Made by a program: the position numbers and the translations under genes
The notes under the pieces: model-generated
What the model was told of the DNA's origin: nothing
Database searches by the model: none
The model's input: the letters and a program-made list of their open reading frames with translations, nothing else
In this document: piece by piece, positions 57,733-64,000 of the stretch
How the letters are laid out: the number at the start of each line of letters is the position of its first letter
Position numbering within the stretch: position 1 is the first letter of the stretch
IMG/VR virus record: IMGVR_UViG_3300028920_000694
Span: 40,201 to 104,200 of that record
Reading direction: 5' to 3' (one strand)
From: a virus
Length of the DNA stretch: 64,000 nt

Positions 57733-58662
57733 ATGAGTAATGATGTAGTTATCCGACACCATCATGATTCGGATGGTATCACCACAGCATTCTTTACAGC
57801 CCATCATCTAGACTGGAACTGTAAATTAGAGTGCTGGGATGGGAAGTTTGGAGAAAGTAAAGGACTTAAGAAAGGAGACTGGATGGTAGACATGCATCCA
57901 ACAGAGATAATTCCTGGAATGAATATAGTAGACCATCATGGAGAATATGGTCTGGTGACTAACTATCACCTAATCTATGGACCAGAGCCTGCTAGCTTTC
58001 TAGCATGGAGAGAGTTCAAAGAAGATATACCTAAAGATCAGTGGTGGAAACTCTGCATTGGAGTAGTTGGAGATGGACAGCCTGAATTGATTCCTTATGA
58101 AGTATTTGAATCATGTCCTAGACTATTAGTTCCACACAAGACATGGGGTGGAGCCAAGAACTATGGAAAGGATGTAGCTTTGTATTTCTATCCAACATAC
58201 AAGATGCTCTCATCACCAATCAATAGACTGCTAAAGACAGGCAATTCAGATGGTGCATTGAGATTAATCACAGAGGCAAAGTCACCAATAGATATACTTG
58301 AGGATAAAGAAGCAGGTGTTGCTAAGACTACACTCAAAAAAGAAAGAGATATAATTCTTAGAGATTGTGATGTGAAGAAATTTAACAATCTAAATCTAGT
58401 ATTATTCTATTCTAAATATAGAATGCAAGGTGAAGTAGCATCTATTATAGAAGGCATAGATAACATCACTACACTAGCAATCAATGTAGAGAGTGGTAGA
58501 GGCAGTCTTAGAGGAGAACTTGCACTCTACTGGAAAGAGAAACTGAAAGGACTAGAGTATCTAAACATAGATGGGCATCCTGGATTCATGGGAGCCAGCC
58601 TAGATATGAAGAAGAAGAACCCTGAAGGACTAGTGGATGACTTGATTAGTTTGTTATCCTAA
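57733..58662 (+). CDS. DHH-family phosphoesterase/nuclease (RecJ/GAN-like) with a DHHA1 domain
   Basis: HHDSDG, VDMH, VDHH, IGVVGD and GHPGFMGA motifs. Confidence 0.8.
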   Translation: MSNDVVIRHHHDSDGITTAFFTAHHLDWNCKLECWDGKFGESKGLKKGDWMVDMHPTEIIPGMNIVDHHGEYGLVTNYHLIYGPEPASFLAWREFKEDIPKDQWWKLCIGVVGDGQPELIPYEVFESCPRLLVPHKTWGGAKNYGKDVALYFYPTYKMLSSPINRLLKTGNSDGALRLITEAKSPIDILEDKEAGVAKTTLKKERDIILRDCDVKKFNNLNLVLFYSKYRMQGEVASIIEGIDNITTLAINVESGRGSLRGELALYWKEKLKGLEYLNIDGHPGFMGASLDMKKKNPEGLVDDLISLLS

Positions 58663-58685
58663 ATTAAAACAACAAAGGAAATAAT

Positions 58686-59246
58686 ATGGAAAAAAAACAT
58701 TTATCAATAGTTGGATATGGAAATAATCGTGCTGAAAATGATTATTATCCAACTCCAAAAGAAACTACTGAAGCGTTATTGATTAGAGAATCTTTTGATG
58801 GCAGTATATGGGAATGTGCTTCAGGTGATGGATGGATGGCTAAAGTTTTAGAGAATTGGGGATATGATATTTATTCTTCTGATATTAGAACTGATAATAA
58901 TGTTTATGGTGATAAAGGGATTGATTTCTTAAAAACTAATAAATTTGTAGATAATATAATTACCAATCCGCCTTATAAATATGCAAAAGATTTTTTAGAA
59001 CATAGTTTAAAATGCTCAAGAAAGAAAGTAGCATTATTATTAAAATTAGTATTTCTTGAAAGTGTAAATCGTTATCCACTTTTTATGTTGAATAATCTTG
59101 AACATATTTTTGTGTTTTCTAAAAGACAAAAAATATATCGTTTAGGTGAAGTTGGTAAAAATTCTGGTTTGATTGCTTATGCTTGGTTTGTTTGGAATAA
59201 GAATTATTATGGTAAACCAATGATTGATTGGATAAATGAAATATAA
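58686..59246 (+). CDS. Phage-type DNA (probably N6-adenine) methyltransferase
   Basis: NDYYPTP, IWECASGDG (SAM-binding) and IITNPPY (catalytic). Confidence 0.85.
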   Translation: MEKKHLSIVGYGNNRAENDYYPTPKETTEALLIRESFDGSIWECASGDGWMAKVLENWGYDIYSSDIRTDNNVYGDKGIDFLKTNKFVDNIITNPPYKYAKDFLEHSLKCSRKKVALLLKLVFLESVNRYPLFMLNNLEHIFVFSKRQKIYRLGEVGKNSGLIAYAWFVWNKNYYGKPMIDWINEI

Positions 59247-59593
59247 ATTAGAATAACATAGGAATGATTAATATGGAAGAAGATTTGGAATATAAATTGG
59301 ATATAATTATGGGAATGTTGAAATCAATGAATGAACAATTGGATGAAATTGACGCAATTAGAATACAATTAGATAGGTTTGAAGTTAAAATAAATAACTT
59401 ACCCCCCAAAAACACAAGTTAAAAATAAATCCAGAAAGGTTTGATAATGATTAATAAATTAAAAGGACAAAGATAAAATGAATGAGATAGTTAAACTATA
59501 TTTGAAAGAGATTGGTTTTGTTACTTCGATGTTGGTTTTGGCTTTCTTGATTATGTGGACTTGGAAATAATAAATTAAAATAACAACTAAAAG

Positions 59594-59637
59594 GTGTTAC
59601 ACAAAACAAAAGTTTTATATACTAATAAGTGTTACAC
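59594..59637 (+). promoter_or_regulatory. BRE-TATA promoter bracketed by two GTGTTACAC near-palindromic operators
   Basis: GTGTTACAC at 59594 and 59629 flank AAAAGTTTTATATA; ATG at 59650. Confidence 0.6.
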
Positions 59638-60229
59638 TATATTGATAATATGAAAAAAATATTTGTTTGTGAGTTCTGTGGGTTCAAAACAGAACCAAAA
59701 GAAGAAGCAGGTCTTACAGCATTTCGTTGTATGAAATGTTGGAATTGGAATGATATTGCTGATATGGATAAAGAAGTAAACAGAGTGACGATAAATGAAA
59801 TGTAAATGTGAAAAGCAGATGAGTAAGGTTTATGTTCATCATAATCAACATCATCCTAAAGGTCAGTGGGAAGTGATTGGTTTTTATTGTAAATCGTGTA
59901 ATACGATTAAATTAAATTACAAAGACATGGTTTAAAGGAGAAATAAAAAGATGAAATTAAAATGTGAATTATGTGGTGCTGAAATAAATCATATTGATAC
60001 AAAATTTAATTGTCCATATTGTAAAGTTAGAATGTGGAGGGTTATTAAGATTTAAATTAAAATGAGGTATAAAAATGTTCGATATGTATTGTCCGTTTTG
60101 CCAAAAAACAATGGAGATAGTTAATGAAAAGGATATTTTTTGGTGTCCTAATTGTAAGAGGAAATGGTGGATAACATTATTAGAGCAGTATATAAAATAA
60201 ATTAAAACATCATATAAAAAGGTGATTTA

Positions 60230-60568
60230 ATGTTGATAAAAGGGAATGAATTAATAAGATTGTTTGAAAAACAGATATATGATTTACATTTCTGGAATAT
60301 ATTTAAAAAGAAAAAATTAAGAGAGAGGATTGATAGAGTTCATAACTTTGATTATTATGATAAAAATACTAATGGAACTTATAGGATTGTTGAATTTTTT
60401 GATCCAGATTTGTTAGTTAGAAATAGGATTAAATCTAAACTGATTGTTGATGGTAATGAGTATATTGGTAAATGTTTAAACTGTAAAATAGGTGGAATAT
60501 TTGAAATTGATCCAATTGAAAAAATAGGTCAATGTTATCGTTGTTTTACTGAATTTAAACTATCTTAA
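60230..60568 (+). CDS. Hypothetical protein with a C-terminal zinc ribbon
   Basis: AGGTGA SD; CLNC ... CYRC. Confidence 0.6.
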   Translation: MLIKGNELIRLFEKQIYDLHFWNIFKKKKLRERIDRVHNFDYYDKNTNGTYRIVEFFDPDLLVRNRIKSKLIVDGNEYIGKCLNCKIGGIFEIDPIEKIGQCYRCFTEFKLS

Positions 60569-60991
60569 ATTAAAAGGATATAGATAATATGAAAGAAAGT
60601 GAATATATGAAAGGATATTTAGATGCTGTTAATGACATAATTCTACAATGTAAGAATTATCAAGTTATGATTGAAAAGATAAAGAATATGGAATTACAAA
60701 AATAAATTATTAAGACAAACTTTAGAGGAATAGATATGAATAGAATATGGTGTGAAAAATGTGATGCTGAGATGGATACAATTTATGCTGATGGTGTTTT
60801 TCGTTGTGTAGGATGTAATGGTATTGTATATGAATCATAAATTAGCCAAACAAACAAATGAAGATGAGAGCAAAGAAGAGAATCAGAATGATTAAAACAA
60901 CAAACAAAAGATACGTAGCAAAAGTTGATGATATATAAATCTTACCTATGTATGAGAATGAATGTTTGTTATAATTATAAAAGGATAAAGA

Positions 60992-62053
60992 ATGTGGATA
61001 GAGGAACTCTTCTATGACTCGATGGGAACAGCCAGAACCAGAATCCTTAGCGATTCAGGCAAGGAATACATCACCAACATCAGAAAGGATTGGATATCTT
61101 GGTGTTCCTGTCCTAGTTGGATATACAACAAACTCCCCTGCAAGCACATAAAGTTCCTGTATTCAAAATTGGAGAAAGAAAAAATGGTTGATAAATCAGA
61201 TAAATTAGTTAGGATTCCAACTGAGAGTAAGATAATTGATGATATGATTGGAGGAGGATTCCCCCAGAAGTTAATCACTGCTATCTTTGCTCCACCTGCA
61301 ACAGGAAAGAGTTGGTTAGCCTATCAGGCAGGTGTGAGTAACATTAAGACTACAGGTCAGGAGACTCTACTCATAGATACAGAAGGAATCACTAGAGAGG
61401 ATTTAGATAACATCCTCACAAAACTATCTAAGAGATATGATGCAGATGCTAAGACAGTGAAGAAGAAGTTCAAGATGATAAAGACATATGATGATCCTAA
61501 TGCTATGTCGATTCAGAAGCTACTCATGATGTTCGGATTCTTTGTGAAGCTAGAGTTAAGTGAGAAAGGTAAATATAAAGTAACATTCCAGCCATATGAC
61601 CAGACACTTAAGGTGAATGAGTTAGAGAACATCTCTATGATTATCATAGACTCTCTAACTAAACCTATCAAGGACTCTATTGGAAGTGAGACAGCAAACC
61701 TACCTGCGAGAGCTCAGATAGTAGAGAGAATGTTCGGGAAGCTCTATCAGATAGCAGAGTTATATAACATTTCAGTGATTGTGAATCATCATGCATCTGT
61801 TCCACCACCAGTGGGGTATGTTAAAGCACCTTATGCATATGGGGGTAATCCGATCTACTATAACTCTAAGTATATTCTAGAACTCTTTGACTCTACTAAA
61901 GCAGAGAGAGATATCAAGTGTGTGGAGAACAAGAAGAAGACATGGGACCTTGAAGCCAGAAGAATCAGATTGGTTAGAAGACCAGATGAACAACCCACTG
62001 GAGAGAAGGTTCCTATCAGATTAAAGAAAGATATTGGATTCGTGGATGAATGA
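60992..62053 (+). CDS. SWIM zinc finger fused to a RecA/RadB-like ATPase
   Basis: CSCPSWIYNKLPCKH (SWIM CxC-xn-CxH), then IPTESKIIDDMIGGG, Walker A APPATGKS, LIDTEG, Walker B IIIDS, PYAYGGNPIYYNSK. Confidence 0.85.
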   Translation: MWIEELFYDSMGTARTRILSDSGKEYITNIRKDWISWCSCPSWIYNKLPCKHIKFLYSKLEKEKMVDKSDKLVRIPTESKIIDDMIGGGFPQKLITAIFAPPATGKSWLAYQAGVSNIKTTGQETLLIDTEGITREDLDNILTKLSKRYDADAKTVKKKFKMIKTYDDPNAMSIQKLLMMFGFFVKLELSEKGKYKVTFQPYDQTLKVNELENISMIIIDSLTKPIKDSIGSETANLPARAQIVERMFGKLYQIAELYNISVIVNHHASVPPPVGYVKAPYAYGGNPIYYNSKYILELFDSTKAERDIKCVENKKKTWDLEARRIRLVRRPDEQPTGEKVPIRLKKDIGFVDE

Positions 62054-62337
62054 GAACAGATAAGTATTTGTGGGATAAAGTAGTTATGAATATCTACAGG
62101 CAAATGTTCAAGGAAGCAGAGCCTTCAGCAGACTTTGATGAATTGATTGAAATCGGTGAAACAAAGCAGGATAATTTCTTTATGAATTACTATCTTCATC
62201 AAGATAGACAACAGGAAATTATAGATGAATGGTGCAAGAAATATAGATGCAGTAAATTGGAGAAACAGAAGATAAGTGTAGAAGTGAATTTAGGATGTGC
62301 ACCAAATACTGTTAGGAGAGAAGATAATGAAACCTAA
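62050..62337 (+). CDS. Hypothetical protein
   Basis: Translationally coupled ORF. Confidence 0.55.
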   Translation: MRTDKYLWDKVVMNIYRQMFKEAEPSADFDELIEIGETKQDNFFMNYYLHQDRQQEIIDEWCKKYRCSKLEKQKISVEVNLGCAPNTVRREDNET

Positions 62338-62506
62338 ACCTATGCCACATTTTGATGAGATACACATAGAATTCTATGATGTGGATGAAATGAATCTTTG
62401 GCTGGATGATGCTAAAGAAGGATTGATAGCAGAATTACAAGAAGGATGTTTGGATGAAGAATCTAAAGAGTATATGAGGAAGACAGTAGAGAAGTGGTTA
62501 TCTTAG
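62327..62506 (+). CDS. Small hypothetical protein
   Basis: Start inferred at MKPKP after a GGAG SD; the stop abuts the eS17 ATG. Confidence 0.45.
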   Translation: MKPKPMPHFDEIHIEFYDVDEMNLWLDDAKEGLIAELQEGCLDEESKEYMRKTVEKWLS

Positions 62507-62788
62507 ATGGCAGTTAGGCAGTTCTATATCAAAAGAATATGCAATGAAATCATGAAGAAGTTTCCTGAAATGGCAACAGAAGACTTTGAATTGAACAAGC
62601 AATTAGTTAATGAAATTACAGATGTTCAATCTAAGAAGATAAGAAATAGAATAGCAGGTATGTTGGTCTGCTACAAAAAGAATGAGAATAAGGTGTTTAT
62701 CCCACCTAAGACTGGAAAGCCTCGAAAGAAGAAGGGCTGGAAAAAGAAGGAGAAGAATCGTTTAAGAAGAAGGAGAAGAAATAAATGA
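62507..62788 (+). CDS. rps17e: Ribosomal protein eS17 (S17e) homolog with a basic C-terminal extension
   Basis: VRQFYIKRIC.EI...F....T.DFE.NK..V.EITDV.SKKIRNRIAG is colinear with archaeal S17e (IR...VKR.A.E.......FT.DF..NK..V......SK..RN.IAGY). Confidence 0.88.
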   Translation: MAVRQFYIKRICNEIMKKFPEMATEDFELNKQLVNEITDVQSKKIRNRIAGMLVCYKKNENKVFIPPKTGKPRKKKGWKKKEKNRLRRRRRNK

Positions 62789-63012
62789 AGAGAGAGGCTG
62801 AAGAGAATGGATATGGTAAATATCGGGTGCTTAATGTAGGCAAGAGAAAGAAACCAACTACTATTAAATACTATGTCACGTGTGGAGAGTGTGGAGAGAT
62901 GGTATCATTCACCAGTTCACCAACCATGAGAGAAGAGTTCATGAAGAACACGTATATGCCTGTCTGTCCTCATTGTGGATGCATAATCAGCAAAAAAGAG
63001 AGGAATCGCTGA
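62785..63012 (+). CDS. Zinc-ribbon protein
   Basis: CGEC ... CPHC. Confidence 0.6.
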   Translation: MKREAEENGYGKYRVLNVGKRKKPTTIKYYVTCGECGEMVSFTSSPTMREEFMKNTYMPVCPHCGCIISKKERNR

Positions 63013-63138
63013 GGATTGATTCTTAGCCATTCTGAGAGGTTTAGATGTTAGGAGGTATAATACCATTGGCAGAAAAAGATATTGCGTCAGCGTTGCTTAT
63101 ATGCAATCCTCGAGCAAAATTAGAGGGTATCCTCGACT
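63004..63138 (+). repeat. Dispersed ~130-bp quasi-palindromic element, copy C
   Basis: Exact blocks shared with copy D at identical spacing; inverted arms GCTGAGGATTG / CAATCCTCGAGC. Confidence 0.9.
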
Positions 63139-63151
63139 GGAAGTGTGAAAT

Positions 63152-63361
63152 ATGAAGATTGGAGATAAAATGAAGGTTCTAGGCTTTGATTGTGGAGCCA
63201 GAGCATACCATAAATTCAATGTGATGGGCATCAGAATCGGAAGCATTCTAGTTCTAGAGGCAGTTCAGCCTCATGGTCCATATACATTTAGAATGAAAGG
63301 AATGAAGTTAACAATAGGTAGAGGTTTGCTTGAGAAATTAAGGTATGAGGTGATTGAATGA
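63152..63361 (+). CDS. feoA: FeoA-like SH3-fold protein
   Basis: MKIGD..KV......A.....VMGIRIGS.L.L....P.GP.......KLTIGRG, the FeoA consensus. Confidence 0.8.
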   Translation: MKIGDKMKVLGFDCGARAYHKFNVMGIRIGSILVLEAVQPHGPYTFRMKGMKLTIGRGLLEKLRYEVIE

Positions 63362-64000
63362 TTATCATAGACGATAGAAAGGAAACAGATACATATGAAG
63401 GTCTCAAGAAGAGAGGCATTCTAGATGCAGAGGTTCAAAGAATAGAGGTTGCAGATGTGCTTCTGGATGATGGTGTTGCAGTAGAGAGAAAGGGACATGA
63501 CTTGTTTGGATCTCTAACTACTGGAAGAATCTGGGAACAGTTGAATGGACTTAATGAATATGAGCATCCAATCCTCTGCATAGTTAATGAGAACATCTGG
63601 AGAGATATGTATTACATCAGAAGCAATTGGATACATAAGTCCTATCAAGGATTCCTAACTACTCTGGCACTGAGATATCCAAAGCTAAAGGTGTTTCAGT
63701 TCGGGTGCATGGAAGACTATCTTGATTTCATTGTTGCACTGGATAAGAAAATACATAAGGAAGGTAAATCTACAAGACCAACACCGATTCATCGAAAGAC
63801 TAAGAAGATTCAGGTGAGAATGGAAGACTGTCTAGCTATGGCAGATGGGATTTCTATAGGCAAGGCAAAGATTCCACTTAAGAAATACAACACTGTATAT
63901 GATGTAGCTAGCCAACCACTTAAGGAGTTAGAGAAGATGGATGGCTATGGTAAGAAATTAGCAAAGAATCTATATGATTTATTGCATGGTCAATATAAGG
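63358..64000 (+). CDS. ERCC4/XPF (Hef-like) structure-specific nuclease with an HhH2 domain (3'-truncated)
   Basis: IIIDDRKE, VAD..L...VAVERK, GRIWEQL, then GISIGKAK and DGYGKKLAK HhH motifs; frame open to the window end. Confidence 0.9.
   Translation, partial: MIIIDDRKETDTYEGLKKRGILDAEVQRIEVADVLLDDGVAVERKGHDLFGSLTTGRIWEQLNGLNEYEHPILCIVNENIWRDMYYIRSNWIHKSYQGFLTTLALRYPKLKVFQFGCMEDYLDFIVALDKKIHKEGKSTRPTPIHRKTKKIQVRMEDCLAMADGISIGKAKIPLKKYNTVYDVASQPLKELEKMDGYGKKLAKNLYDLLHGQYK

Larger units (their letters stand above)
59273..60938 (+). other. Array of ~10 micro-ORFs (59273-59422, 59478-59570, 59650-59805, 59795-59935, 59951-60055, 60075-60200, 60230-60568, 60589-60705, 60736-60840, 60858-60938), six with paired-Cys zinc ribbons
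   Basis: Translated by hand; most have an SD; many stop codons are part of a TAAATTA junction; the region is more AT/T-rich than its flanks. Confidence 0.65.

Noticed and set aside
1245-61278. Numerous antisense or overlapping ORFs in the track (e.g. 1245-1442, 12941-13240, 33799-34131, 42259-42795, 56294-56752)
   Set aside because: They are shadows of well-supported genes on the opposite strand or frame and have no motifs or SD.
3541-63138. CRISPR array or integron attC sites as an explanation for the 130-bp repeats
   Set aside because: The copies are dispersed and diverged, with no repeat-spacer periodicity, no evident GTTRRRY core pair and no cas or integrase gene.
60992-64000. Host chromosomal fragment, suggested by RadA-like, eS17, FeoA and XPF genes
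   Set aside because: These genes are interleaved with viral micro-ORFs and a repeat copy shared with the virion module, and the usual chromosomal neighbours are absent.
1-64000. tRNA genes, stop-codon reassignment, inteins or introns, integrase/att site, tail sheath
   Set aside because: I saw no T-loop/cloverleaf, ORFs are full length under the standard code, TerL and RadB-like genes have no large insertions, and no integrase or sheath-sized ORF is present. This was a visual scan only; tRNAscan-SE and HMM searches should confirm.

Overview
This window looks like most of the genome of an uncharacterised archaeal tailed virus (Caudoviricetes, HK97-fold capsid, long non-contractile tail; no sheath or integrase gene is seen). 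The minus strand from 42995 down to 5245 holds one continuous morphogenesis module: TerS, TerL, Alba, portal, two prohead proteases, major capsid, neck, two tail-tube paralogs, a frameshifted tail chaperone, about 11 kb of fibre/adhesin genes, tape measure and tail tip. On the plus strand, 1-5244 is a sugar-nucleotide/heptose glycosylation cluster. Positions 43-51.4 kb hold AT-rich control regions and operons of small early genes, including an Ocr-like DNA mimic. Positions 51.4-64 kb hold DNA metabolism and host-takeover genes: PDG-like glycosylase, phosphoesterases, ParB-like protein, truncated TFS, SSB-like protein, DHH nuclease, MTase, a SWIM-RecA/RadB fusion, ribosomal protein eS17, FeoA and an ERCC4 nuclease. 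The archaeal host is inferred from eS17, Alba, TFS, ERCC4, GGTGA Shine-Dalgarno motifs and BRE-TATA promoters; Thermoplasmatota is my guess. The most unusual signals are: six dispersed ~130-bp quasi-palindromic elements with ~10.5-bp periodicity; a viral eS17; a SWIM-RecA fusion; a truncated TFS; at least three genes that appear to need ATA/ATC/ATT starts; a TTT-CGT +1 frameshift; and a perfect three-way-junction RNA after the capsid gene. All protein calls come from motif recognition by eye; no database searches were run.
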